From positions 20,646,001 through 20,710,000 of the forward strand of contig CM097885.1 of NCBI GenBank assembly GCA_044892525.1: DNA of 64,000 bases. The letters are read 5' to 3'. Shown here piece after piece: positions 1 through 9,970 of the stretch. This DNA is from Schmidtea polychroa. Taxonomy: Eukaryota. Under the pieces are notes generated by a model, which was given only the letters and a program-made list of their open reading frames with translations, had not been told where the DNA came from and searched no databases. Each line of letters starts with the position of its first letter. The stretch's first letter is position 1. The translations under genes were made by a program, and so were the position numbers.

Positions 1-5
1 TGATA

Positions 6-2081
6 ATGGATGGCGACAAACGACTGATGTGCTTACCGGAAAGTAGGCGGAAAGAAATTATGATTCAATATCATGACGGTAAATTGGGCGGACATATGTC
101 AGCTAAGAAAACAGAAGCAAGGCTCAAACAGAAATATTACTGGCCAAATATGAGCAATGACGTGAAAGAATGGATAAAGAACTGCTTGATATGCGCAACC
201 AGAAAAACAACGGGCAGTAAACTAAAGCCGCCATTGAAACCAATGCCAATACCGCCAGAACCAATGACAATGATCGCAATGGATGTAGTTGGACCACTAC
301 CAGAGACTAACAGTGGAAATGTGTATATATTGGTAATAACTGATTATCTGACTAAGTTCCCTGAAGCATTTGCGATGCCAGACCAAAAAGCACGAACGGT
401 TGCAAGGATATTAGTGGAAGAGATCTGCTGCAGATATGGAACTCCAAAACAAATCTTAACTGACCAAGGAACAAATTTCATGAGCGAGATAATAAATGAA
501 GTGACAAATTATTTTAGAATTGCCAAATTGAGAACCTCGCCATACCACCCGCAAACGAATGGTCAGACAGAAAGATTTAACGGCATACTAATAGACATGA
601 TGTCAAATTACGTGAGTAAACATCAAAAGGACTGGGATGAATATATTAAGTTGTGTCTAATGGCTTATCGAATGTCAATACACTCAGCAACGAAAATGAG
701 TCCGTTTAAACTCATGTATGGAAGGGAATGCAACATGCCGATGGATCTCGAATACCAACCGCCAATCTCACAATATATGGAAATAGATGATTATGTGACA
801 AAGTTCAAAGAGAGAATGCAAGAAATATGGAAAACCGCAGGGATGAACATCCGATTCAACCAAGAAAGTTATAAGGAATTGCATGATAAAAAGAAGAACG
901 TGCAAAACCATCAATTTAAAGTCGGAGATTGGGTTATTATAGAAACACCCGAATTAATCCCAGGAACAGCAAAGAAATTACAACGTAATGGCAGAGGGCC
1001 ATATGAAATCATCTATGTAAACGAGAACAACGCTAGAGTGAAGTTGGTTAACAACCCACTAATTAGACCCATTTATGTGAATACATGTCGATGTAAAGCA
1101 GTAGCGAAAACTGCCACTAAAGACCCAGAAACAAGGAAGATAATCACGAGATCACAAACAAATGCCACAACGGAATCAGAAGTAAGCGGTAGATTAACTA
1201 GATCACAGACAAGACGGATATTCATGCTGAGGGGAGAAACAAGCGGCAGCACCAATAAAGGAACCGAAGCAGAAAGCGAAGCTGACGCAATGGCAAGGAG
1301 CCAAGCAACATGGAATATGACAGTAAAAATAGCACGAGAAATTGTGCCAGAATGGGCTGATATAACCAATAAATACCAAGTATTACGCAAACTAATGATA
1401 GTAGCAGAAAGATATGCGAAAGGATTAAGATATGCCGAAGGATTACAAATACCGATTCAAATATATGAACTAATCCGGAGGTTACCAATCATGTTCCTAA
1501 CAAGTGATTTGAGCAATAATTGGCCAATCCATCATGCAGTCGAAGCAGGACAGGAAAAACGAGCATTAGAGATCATACGTATAATGGAAAACTGCAAACA
1601 ATCGACAAACGTCAAAAACAGTAAAGGGAAAACTCCATTGATGAAAGCCATAGCAATAGGCGCGTCAAGGGAAGTACTCAGAGAATTATTGAGAACGGGA
1701 TCTACGTTGAAAGAAAAAGATAACAAACAACGAACCATCTTACGTTACGCCGTCAGGTCAAAAAGACCTAGCATACTAAACTTCATCACGGGAAATGCAA
1801 CAACCGAAGAAGCCGAGGTGTTGGGACAGAGCATTGAACCAATTCTGGAAGCCATCAGAGGAAACTTAGACAGAACAGCAGCAATATTGACCAAATGGAA
1901 ACAAAACGAATTAAGAGCGGAAGTAATTGATATAAATCAATTCCAAAACAACGAAAATATCGTACTAAGAAGCGCTACATACGATGAAAAAGCAACTAGA
2001 AATACTAGTGTGGGAATGGCACCGGAAACAACGGAAATATCAAGGGACCAAAGAAGAACGAGAAAGTATCCACAACGATAA
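6..2081 (+). CDS. Pol C-terminus: integrase (H2C2 zinc domain, DDE core, C-terminal GPY/F-SH3-like region) fused to ankyrin repeats
   Basis: HDGKLGGH...CLIC zinc motif; DVVGP / TDQGTNF / TERFN catalytic core; GPY motif; ankyrin-type repeats NWPIHHAVEAG, GKTPLMKAIAIGASREVLRELL and QRTILRYAVRS. 5' end is truncated by the window. Confidence 0.95.
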   Translation: MDGDKRLMCLPESRRKEIMIQYHDGKLGGHMSAKKTEARLKQKYYWPNMSNDVKEWIKNCLICATRKTTGSKLKPPLKPMPIPPEPMTMIAMDVVGPLPETNSGNVYILVITDYLTKFPEAFAMPDQKARTVARILVEEICCRYGTPKQILTDQGTNFMSEIINEVTNYFRIAKLRTSPYHPQTNGQTERFNGILIDMMSNYVSKHQKDWDEYIKLCLMAYRMSIHSATKMSPFKLMYGRECNMPMDLEYQPPISQYMEIDDYVTKFKERMQEIWKTAGMNIRFNQESYKELHDKKKNVQNHQFKVGDWVIIETPELIPGTAKKLQRNGRGPYEIIYVNENNARVKLVNNPLIRPIYVNTCRCKAVAKTATKDPETRKIITRSQTNATTESEVSGRLTRSQTRRIFMLRGETSGSTNKGTEAESEADAMARSQATWNMTVKIAREIVPEWADITNKYQVLRKLMIVAERYAKGLRYAEGLQIPIQIYELIRRLPIMFLTSDLSNNWPIHHAVEAGQEKRALEIIRIMENCKQSTNVKNSKGKTPLMKAIAIGASREVLRELLRTGSTLKEKDNKQRTILRYAVRSKRPSILNFITGNATTEEAEVLGQSIEPILEAIRGNLDRTAAILTKWKQNELRAEVIDINQFQNNENIVLRSATYDEKATRNTSVGMAPETTEISRDQRRTRKYPQR

Positions 2082-3909
2082 AAAAGAGATAATTAAAAAA
2101 TACGAAGAGATGATCAAAGCGACAAATGTCGAGGACGACATTTTTTGGAAAACCCCGGGTGAGAGGAATGACGATGGTGATGACGACGAAAAAACAGAGG
2201 ATAACGACAAAAACCCAGAGGGAAATGACAGAAAACGGAATCCAGAAGGTGGAGAAACAACGGACGATGATGAGGAGTTGGAAGAAGACGAAGAGGACCA
2301 ATGCCGAGGTGAAGATCAAGGATTCGACAAAACAGAAAACAAAAAGCGAAAGTCCCCACTACACAGCATAGTATTTCGGAATCAAATCCAGCCAATCCTA
2401 CTACAAAGAATATTTATAATACTAACATCTATCTGTTTAACGGAAACAAAAAATATGAGAATCGTAAGAGAAGCTTTCCAAGAAGGCGAAGTATTTATGA
2501 TAAAAGTCAGCGATTACGACGGAAACGCCGTCGGAATATGTGTGCAACTAATGGAAGGAACAGGGGTAAGTTGTGATTTCAGATCGATAACAAAAGGAAA
2601 GATCTTTAGCAGCCAAAAAAGAGACCCCAGGCTATGCGGAGATTATGACATCTGTAGGGACATAACAACAGAGGAAATGGAACTAGAAAGAGCCAATGAA
2701 ACCGGAGTACATTTCCAACTTAACATTTTGGAAGAAGGTATCGAAATAGAAGATAAAGGGAGTCGATCAATTACACATGTATGCATCAGAGAAGACAGAG
2801 ATATATGCATAATAACAGATACGACACAAGACCACAAATTCTTCTGGGGAGAAGTCAAACCAAATACCCCTACTGTGGTATACGCAGGAACACAAGGGAT
2901 AGTAGTATGTAAAGGAACAAGAACTGCACCAAGAAAAGACAAACCAAAGAGTATGGCAATGAAACAAGGTCCATTGATGGAGATAGCAACCAAGAAGCCA
3001 AACAAATCGGTTAGTACAAAAACAACAACAGAACAAAATCAAACCGAATTAATAAAAACAACAACATGGATTAACGAAGTAATTAAAGACGAAAGACGGG
3101 AAGTGCAGATAACTATCAACCTCAACAAGAAAGGTGAAGAGGTAATTACAGTCAAAAACCAAGAAGGAGAACCAATAATAAGGATATGTGTAATGGATAA
3201 GACGGGAATAATCGACTGTACAACAACACCGATAGACAAAGATGCAGACGTTAAAATGGAGACAGGGAAACGGAAAGAGCGATACCAAGTATGTATCCTT
3301 AAGAATGGAAGAGGAACCAGCGTATGTCAACCAATAACTCGACAAAAACCCCAATTAATAAACATACCGTGGATACCCCGAGATCAGGAAGGGGGAGAGA
3401 AACGGGAAAATCACAGCCACCTAACAGAAAAAGAGAAGGAACGATTACATCAAGCATTCAAGAAAATCAAAGCACCAGAAACAAACACCACAGGTAGTAC
3501 AATATTAACGACAGTAAAAACAAATAATGGAACAACGATAATCACAAAGATGATATGGATAACTAGCGCGATAGTAAGCACGATAATAGCGTTAGCAATG
3601 ATTCAGTGGATAAGAACCACCAAAAGATGTAAACAAAAACCGAGAAACCGAAGAGAATGGCCAAAGGTAGAAAAATTTGAATACGGTATTCCAACGGAGA
3701 ATCTGAATCTAGAAGAATACGAGGTGGTAGAGGATTCCGGATCCAGCGGATTGTGGATGTCGGAATTACCAAGAATATCCACACCCAACGAATGGACACA
3801 CGAAGTCGATATATACCGACTAACAAACGAAAGATATGGGGGATGCGCACGTTGCATTCCGGCCCCATGGCGACACTGGTATAACAAGAGGAGGAGCTGT
3901 TGTAAATAA
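1984..3909 (+). CDS. Acidic linker plus repeated Cys-pair beta-rich domain plus single TM helix (membrane protein in env-like position). Overlaps the pol end in the +1 frame
   Basis: 641 aa ORF with a D/E-rich tract; hydrophobic ILLQRIFIILTSICL; four similar motifs (ICVQLMEGTGVSC, VCIREDRDICII, ICVMDKTGIIDC, VCILKNGRGTSVC); TM MIWITSAIVSTIIALAMIQWI followed by a basic stop-transfer segment. Confidence 0.7.
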   Translation: MKKQLEILVWEWHRKQRKYQGTKEERESIHNDKKEIIKKYEEMIKATNVEDDIFWKTPGERNDDGDDDEKTEDNDKNPEGNDRKRNPEGGETTDDDEELEEDEEDQCRGEDQGFDKTENKKRKSPLHSIVFRNQIQPILLQRIFIILTSICLTETKNMRIVREAFQEGEVFMIKVSDYDGNAVGICVQLMEGTGVSCDFRSITKGKIFSSQKRDPRLCGDYDICRDITTEEMELERANETGVHFQLNILEEGIEIEDKGSRSITHVCIREDRDICIITDTTQDHKFFWGEVKPNTPTVVYAGTQGIVVCKGTRTAPRKDKPKSMAMKQGPLMEIATKKPNKSVSTKTTTEQNQTELIKTTTWINEVIKDERREVQITINLNKKGEEVITVKNQEGEPIIRICVMDKTGIIDCTTTPIDKDADVKMETGKRKERYQVCILKNGRGTSVCQPITRQKPQLINIPWIPRDQEGGEKRENHSHLTEKEKERLHQAFKKIKAPETNTTGSTILTTVKTNNGTTIITKMIWITSAIVSTIIALAMIQWIRTTKRCKQKPRNRREWPKVEKFEYGIPTENLNLEEYEVVEDSGSSGLWMSELPRISTPNEWTHEVDIYRLTNERYGGCARCIPAPWRHWYNKRRSCCK

Positions 3910-4031
3910 TGTATAAATGGAATGATAAAAGTAGTGATAATAGTAGTAACATGTACAAAATAAAAGTAGTAAATTAAAACAATATGTAGAAAATCAAAAA
4001 CAAGTATGATGACCATGTATTATAAATAGGA

Positions 4032-4487
4032 ATGAACCAGAGAAACGAAGAGCAGGAACACCCAAATGGGATACCACATGTTGTTGAAGTAAGAGAACAG
4101 CCGCTTATGAATGTACATCCAGTAGACATGATGGAGATGAACGTGCCAAACCAGCCGAGTCAGCCAACAGGATACATGTGGAGGGCACAGTGTGAATTAA
4201 TGACCCAATTGACAAATCAGACTCAAGAGCACTGGGTACGAAACCAAACGGCGTTGATAGAGAGTATTAATAGAAATGCAATATATATTACAAAAATAGA
4301 GGAACAACACCAAATAATCGCGCAACTGGAATATAATAACAATCAGTTAATAAGCCAAATCAGATGGCAAGCGGAAGAAATTAGAAGGTTACACCAAAAT
4401 CGACAACATGATGATATTGCCAGTTTAGTCGAATGGATGACCGGGCTACCAGGAACTGGGGAACCGGACTCGACGGTAGATGTATAG
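4032..4487 (+). CDS. Small Q/N-rich coiled-coil cargo protein, unknown function
   Basis: 151 aa ORF with ATG preceded by AG, heptad-like central segment, and the same composition as its neighbours. Confidence 0.65.
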   Translation: MNQRNEEQEHPNGIPHVVEVREQPLMNVHPVDMMEMNVPNQPSQPTGYMWRAQCELMTQLTNQTQEHWVRNQTALIESINRNAIYITKIEEQHQIIAQLEYNNNQLISQIRWQAEEIRRLHQNRQHDDIASLVEWMTGLPGTGEPDSTVDV

Positions 4488-4576
4488 GAGAGAAAGGAGT
4501 GAAATGTAAATAATCCTGTAAATAAATAGAGTTATAATCAAGTAGAAATCCCAAGATTAAAAATCATCATTGTAGA

Positions 4577-6001
4577 ATGCAAAACAAAGCGGAAGAGAAC
4601 CGGAGAGAAGCAGAGGAACAAAAGATTAACTATGAATTGATGAGAAAATATCAAGCCAAGCCGGACGAGTTCGAAGAGAGGCTATTATGTGCCGATGCAG
4701 CATGTAGAAGACTACTGATTGGAGCAAGTCAAACTCGATGCGGGTGTAGATTATGCCGAGGGTGTGATATAAGATTAGCCAAGCTAAAGCGAGAAACTTG
4801 TCCAGGATGTGGAGAAGCATTTAAGTTGGTTCCCACTGGCACGATACCGGATAGAGCAATGAACCGAGAAATCAGAGAAGTGAAAATAAGATGCACCCAA
4901 AGGTCATGCGAATGGACAGGTCGAGTAAAGGAGTTAAGAGCCCACACAGACGTATGCGAATATCTAGAATTGGAATGCGAAGCATGCACGGTAAAGTTTT
5001 TTCGAAAAGAGAAAACCAAACATAAAGGGGAATGCGAAGCGCGAACGGAAAAATGCGAATTTTGCGGAGAAACTGCTAATTGGAGAGAAATCGAAATGGA
5101 ATATCGAAACGCAGTAGAAAGACGGATTTGCGACGAATATACAGGGAGATGCCCAAACGAGTGTGGAGAAATTAACAACGTCAGATTAAATGAACATTGG
5201 GAGATATGCACGAGAAAGACGATAAAATGCCCAATGGTAACATTCGATTGTAGAGTACAATTACCAGCAGAAGAAATGAAGAAGCATGTGGAGGAGAATA
5301 CATTCGAGCACATGCAAAAGATGATGAGAGCAATAGAGTTAACAGCAAGGGCAATCGAAGATGTTAAAGACGAACTCAAATCACATAAAATCATGATAAA
5401 AGAAATGCTGAGCTCACAGGAAAGCTTCGAAAATACGAGAGAAGCCGTAACACAAAGGATGTTGAAATTAGATGACAAATTAGTCGAAGTAACTAAACTA
5501 CAAACCAAATGGACTGCAAAGGAACTGACAACAGAGGAACTACCAATATTGCCATATATGTGGAAAATCCAAGGAATAACAGAAATAATGGAGCAAGCAA
5601 AGCAAGGAATCCGGACAACGATAGTGAGCAAACCATTCTACGCCAAGAAACATGGATACAAGATGAAATTGAGATGGTTTCCAAATGGTGAAGGAAAGTT
5701 TAAAGATCGGTGCATGTCCATGTATATGCAAATCTGTAAAGGAGATTTTGACGACCTAATAGCATGGCCATTCCGACATAGATTAAAAATATCTCTCTTA
5801 GGATCAAAAAAGACACATATAATGTGCTGTCGAGCATCCAGTCCAGCATGGAATAAACCGAGTACAGAGGTTAATCCTGCGGTAGGAGTAGCAGAGTTTA
5901 TGCAGCTATACCAATTTAATGAAGGGTCCTACATAGAAAAGGACACTATATTCTTCCTAATCGAACTAGACGAGGAAGGACCAACAATAGAAATACGATA
6001 G
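4577..6001 (+). CDS. TRAF-family protein (variant RING, TRAF zinc fingers, coiled coil, MATH/TRAF-C domain)
   Basis: RING-like CADAAC..CGCRLCRGC..CPGC; TRAF zinc fingers (CTQRSCEWTG..HTDVC; CPNECG..HWEIC; CPMVTFDC..H); MATH hallmarks YMWKIQG, SKPFY..HGYKMKLRWFPNG, SMYMQICKGDFDDLIAWPF and IEKDTIFF. Confidence 0.95.
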   Translation: MQNKAEENRREAEEQKINYELMRKYQAKPDEFEERLLCADAACRRLLIGASQTRCGCRLCRGCDIRLAKLKRETCPGCGEAFKLVPTGTIPDRAMNREIREVKIRCTQRSCEWTGRVKELRAHTDVCEYLELECEACTVKFFRKEKTKHKGECEARTEKCEFCGETANWREIEMEYRNAVERRICDEYTGRCPNECGEINNVRLNEHWEICTRKTIKCPMVTFDCRVQLPAEEMKKHVEENTFEHMQKMMRAIELTARAIEDVKDELKSHKIMIKEMLSSQESFENTREAVTQRMLKLDDKLVEVTKLQTKWTAKELTTEELPILPYMWKIQGITEIMEQAKQGIRTTIVSKPFYAKKHGYKMKLRWFPNGEGKFKDRCMSMYMQICKGDFDDLIAWPFRHRLKISLLGSKKTHIMCCRASSPAWNKPSTEVNPAVGVAEFMQLYQFNEGSYIEKDTIFFLIELDEEGPTIEIR

Positions 6002-6141
6002 ACGGATAGAAGGGAACTGTAAATATTTTGTAAAAACGATGTAAAGCAAATATAAAATTATTGTATACAGTAAAGTAACTTACCAAAACTATAAAAATTA
6101 GAAAAAGAAAATGCAAAAAGAAATGATGAAATTTATTATAG

Positions 6142-7320
6142 ATGATTAATCAAGAGAAACCGAATATCCGAAAGAAAACGATCACAATGAGAGAGGAAGA
6201 GGACAATACATCACCTAGAGAAAGAATGAAGGATGCGGAACTCAGCAAAACAAAACCAAGTAGTTACGCGTATTATCGAAGAATGGGAAATGATTATAAT
6301 TTGGTACATGAAAATTTGAAACTGGGAGATAATGAACAATTCAGATGTGAGAACCAGAGATATCTGTCATTTGAACATCAGACCATTTTCACCAAGGAAC
6401 AGAGCCGAGCGCTAGCACGCGACGGATTTTTCTTCTCCGGAAAACCAGATATACCCGATCAAGTAACGTGTCGTTTCTGTAAAGGGAAATTAGCAGAATG
6501 GAAAAAAGGAGAACACCCAAAGGAGGAACACCGTAAACGATTTCCAACTTGTCTATTCGTACTGGGATTTGATGTACACAACAAACCGGAAATCAAATAC
6601 GAAGCCTTGGAGAAATTGAAAACTGAAGACGAAAAAGGAGGGAAAATGAGCATCGCGATAACCAGAATCGTTGACGAATATGTTCCAACTTGTGAAGGTG
6701 AATTCCTCACGCAAATAGCAGATAACAGAATGAAAACGTTCGGAGATGATACGAGAGGACCTGAACTAGCAATAAGAGGATTCTTCCTAACAGAAAAGCA
6801 AATACTCAAGTGTGAAAGATGCGAAAGCCAACAGAAATTACCGGAAGAAGGCATACCAGAAATTAGACATCAAGCATGGTGCCTGTACCACAACGAACAA
6901 GAAACCGAATACCCAGAAGTGCTAGTAACAGAGGAAGAGGTTGACGAAGTGGTAGACAAACCCAACATGTGCAGAGCGTTGAAAGCAGCCGGAATAGGCA
7001 CGACAAGGGCAAAGAACATGATTAGAGAGAGACTACAGAAAAACGTACATATACCAACAACAACGTACGATATGATCAGAGCGATAACTCAGTATAGAGA
7101 AAAACCTGAAACAAAAATAAAAGAAGAATCAATGGTCAAAGCAGCTATCTTACGAGATATCAAATGTACTATGTGTTGGGAGAGGAGTGTAGAAGTTATT
7201 CATATGCCATGCGGACATTTGATCGCATGTGCTACGTGTAGTAGAAAAGTAAAGGAATGTCCGATGTGCAGACAGAGGATTGCGCAGCGAATCAAAGGGT
7301 TTCGCTACGCCGATCAATAA
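6142..7320 (+). CDS. Inhibitor of apoptosis (IAP) protein: one canonical BIR, one degenerate BIR, C-terminal RING
   Basis: BIR LARDGFFF...CRFC-x16-H-x6-C is a perfect zinc signature. The second BIR-like unit LAIRGFF..CERC-x15-H-x3-C is degenerate. C-terminal RING is CTMCWERSVEVIHMPCGHLIACATCSRKVKECPMCR. Confidence 0.95.
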   Translation: MINQEKPNIRKKTITMREEEDNTSPRERMKDAELSKTKPSSYAYYRRMGNDYNLVHENLKLGDNEQFRCENQRYLSFEHQTIFTKEQSRALARDGFFFSGKPDIPDQVTCRFCKGKLAEWKKGEHPKEEHRKRFPTCLFVLGFDVHNKPEIKYEALEKLKTEDEKGGKMSIAITRIVDEYVPTCEGEFLTQIADNRMKTFGDDTRGPELAIRGFFLTEKQILKCERCESQQKLPEEGIPEIRHQAWCLYHNEQETEYPEVLVTEEEVDEVVDKPNMCRALKAAGIGTTRAKNMIRERLQKNVHIPTTTYDMIRAITQYREKPETKIKEESMVKAAILRDIKCTMCWERSVEVIHMPCGHLIACATCSRKVKECPMCRQRIAQRIKGFRYADQ

Positions 7321-7402
7321 CAAAAATTAAAATTCCGTGTATAAAGTGTAGATAATAAATGTATGAAATAATAGTGGTAGTAATAGTGTAATTATTTAGA
7401 CA

Positions 7403-9001
7403 ATGAATAAAGAATCACAAACCTATGTGGAAACCGAGATGCAACAACTGGAACAGTACAAATCCATCATACAAACATACGAAGCAGAAAGAGTAAAGAG
7501 AGAAATAGAAATGTACAAAACCATGTATGAGAAAAAGCAACAAGAATTAGAAGTGGAGAAGGCGGAAGCACTGGCAGCAAAGGAGAAGTGGATGAAACAG
7601 GTAGAGGAATTAACCGAGGATGTGAGAAATACCTCAACATACCAAGAATTGGAGGAAGAGCTCTCGAATTTACGAACTCAGCGGATTATGGAGATAGTTG
7701 GGTTATGCGGAGAGATAATAATGCAGAAGGCACAAATTAGAGAAGCAAAGGAACAATACGAGGAGGAACAGCGTAAATCAGAACGAATAAAATTACAGGC
7801 GCAACAATGGAAGGGGAAAAATGAAACACTCCTAACAAGGCAGAATGATAGCCACGAACATCAAATACGAAATTACAAGGCCGAACTAAAAGAAGTAAAG
7901 GGCAAATGCGCAATGATGAAAGAAAAATGGGAAAGATGCAAAAAGACCCTAAACGAAGTCAGAGGGCAAGGGAGGAGAACACCGCATAGAGAACCAATTG
8001 TTAAAGATAACGTATTAGAACGAATTAACACACAAATAAAGATACAAGCTCAGAAATGGAAGTATAAATACCTAGGAAGTCAAACTCAAGTGCTCTATTG
8101 GAAAATCAGTAGCAAGGAACAACTGCGATTACGAAAAGCAGACCAAGAATTTTACGAAACAAGAGCTGCACAGCGAGAAGAAGAGGAAGTAGAGTGGAGA
8201 AAACGACAGCAGAAATTCGAAGAAACCGAAAAGTGTCTCAAGCACCAAGCCCGAAAATGGAAAGAGAATTGGAAAGAAACCAAAGAGGAATTAAGACAGT
8301 TGCCTATGAAACTGATGGAAAGAGACGAATTTAAAATGTGGGAAATGATAGAAAACCAAAAGGAGGAGATCAGCCGATTGAGTAGAGAACATAGAATCAA
8401 GACGCGGACCAGCGACGGTAGACGGAGAGTTATAAAGAAACAGACTCGAGAAATAAGAAGATATGAATACCAGGAAAAGAGATGGGAACAACAATTGACA
8501 GACCAAGATCGACAGATCCGACAATTTCAAACAGAGGTAGAGGAAGCTAATCAAGAGATGAACGGATATAAAGGTATGTACACCCAAAGGGATGTGAATT
8601 GGAAGCATCAGATTGCGCTTAATGCGAAATGTAGAGAGGAGTGCGATAAGGCAATTCAACAAGCCAAACAGGAAACCGAGATAATAAAACGATGCTTCGA
8701 AGAAAATGAAGCGAATCTGAGAGCAGAAATCGAGAAGTTGAAAATGCTTGAAAAAACCCAACGATTGGAAGAGGAATTGGATGAGATGATAGAAAACGAA
8801 AGTAGATTAACGTTTCTGTTGGATGAAGAAATAAACATCTCAACGGAATTGCGGGAGGAAGTAGATCGGTTAAGAAGACAACCACCAATATTATTAATGC
8901 CACTCTACCCGATCCCGTTGCAAGTGCCACAGCCTGCCGAAGTCACAACAGATGAAGGCTTCGAAGAAAATAACGAACAAAATAACGAAACATGGATTTA
9001 G
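7403..9001 (+). CDS. Long coiled-coil cargo protein (532 aa)
   Basis: E/K/Q/R-rich helical sequence throughout with a Pro-rich tail; no catalytic motif recognised. Confidence 0.75.
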   Translation: MNKESQTYVETEMQQLEQYKSIIQTYEAERVKREIEMYKTMYEKKQQELEVEKAEALAAKEKWMKQVEELTEDVRNTSTYQELEEELSNLRTQRIMEIVGLCGEIIMQKAQIREAKEQYEEEQRKSERIKLQAQQWKGKNETLLTRQNDSHEHQIRNYKAELKEVKGKCAMMKEKWERCKKTLNEVRGQGRRTPHREPIVKDNVLERINTQIKIQAQKWKYKYLGSQTQVLYWKISSKEQLRLRKADQEFYETRAAQREEEEVEWRKRQQKFEETEKCLKHQARKWKENWKETKEELRQLPMKLMERDEFKMWEMIENQKEEISRLSREHRIKTRTSDGRRRVIKKQTREIRRYEYQEKRWEQQLTDQDRQIRQFQTEVEEANQEMNGYKGMYTQRDVNWKHQIALNAKCREECDKAIQQAKQETEIIKRCFEENEANLRAEIEKLKMLEKTQRLEEELDEMIENESRLTFLLDEEINISTELREEVDRLRRQPPILLMPLYPIPLQVPQPAEVTTDEGFEENNEQNNETWI

Positions 9002-9129
9002 TCGAAGGGAGATGTTACATGTAAAAAAAAAAAAAAAACCATAAAGCCAAAACCAAATAAAATTACAAAACCAAAAATTCAAAATAAAAGGGGGACGAAA
9101 GGAAATATGATGTGTATATTTTTGTAGAT

Positions 9130-9894
9130 ATGAATTATTTAAAAGAAAGAGAATCAACGAGTAACGCAAGAAAATCAATTGACCAACCTGAACAAAGCCA
9201 GAATACGATACCAATCAAACAAGAACCGATGAAATATTATAGCAATAAATGGAGAGTCAGCAAGTTGTTCAAAACAAAAATTGCAAATCAAAATGTAGAG
9301 ATTACGAGATTGAGACAGCACATTGTTCAATGAAGACGATTAATAAACACTGTCAAGCAAGAAATTTTGAGGGAAATAAATGAATCGAAACTAAAAGAGA
9401 CGGAAAATAAAAACCTGAGACAAGAGATAGTAGAGTTGAGAGCTCAGGCAGTAATCGAAGACTATTGGAAATCAGAAACAAGGAAGTTGAAAAAGATTGT
9501 GAATATCGACCAAGTTTATATCAAACAATTGGAAGCACAATACGCTTATGCAAAAACGAAAATGCGAGAAAGTAAAAAGGTCGACAAGAGAAACGCAAAA
9601 CTCAAGGAGGAGATCAAGGAACAAAGAGAAGAAACAGAAAAACAATGGAAGTTGAAAGAAAATTACCGGAGAATCCTAAATCAAAAACGACGAAGCATGC
9701 AAGCATTGCAGACGGCAATAACCATCAAGCAGAGAAAATGGAAAAGTAAAGAGAAGCAATTACAAGAAATACCGGAATTAAAGAGACAGTTGATAGCAAC
9801 GCAACTCGAAGTAATAAGAATGAACGAGTTGAGCAAAAGACGAGCACCTGAACCTCCCGTAAAGTTAAGGGATGAGGTCGGTGACTCCCAATAA
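9130..9894 (+). pseudogene. Coiled-coil cargo ORF interrupted by one in-frame TGA (9331-9333)
   Basis: ORFs 9112-9333 and 9367-9894 are in the same frame, separated by a stop and 11 open codons. The likely ATG is at 9130, after TTTGTAG. Confidence 0.7.
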
Positions 9895-9970
9895 ATGAGA
9901 CAAAATAACTGTGTAAATAAATTGTAAATAAAGCCAAGTAATTATTATTAACGTATATGTATATGTAAAG

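Noticed and set aside
1984-3909. Calling this ORF a retroviral env
   Set aside because: No furin site, fusion peptide or known env motif; only position and a TM support it.
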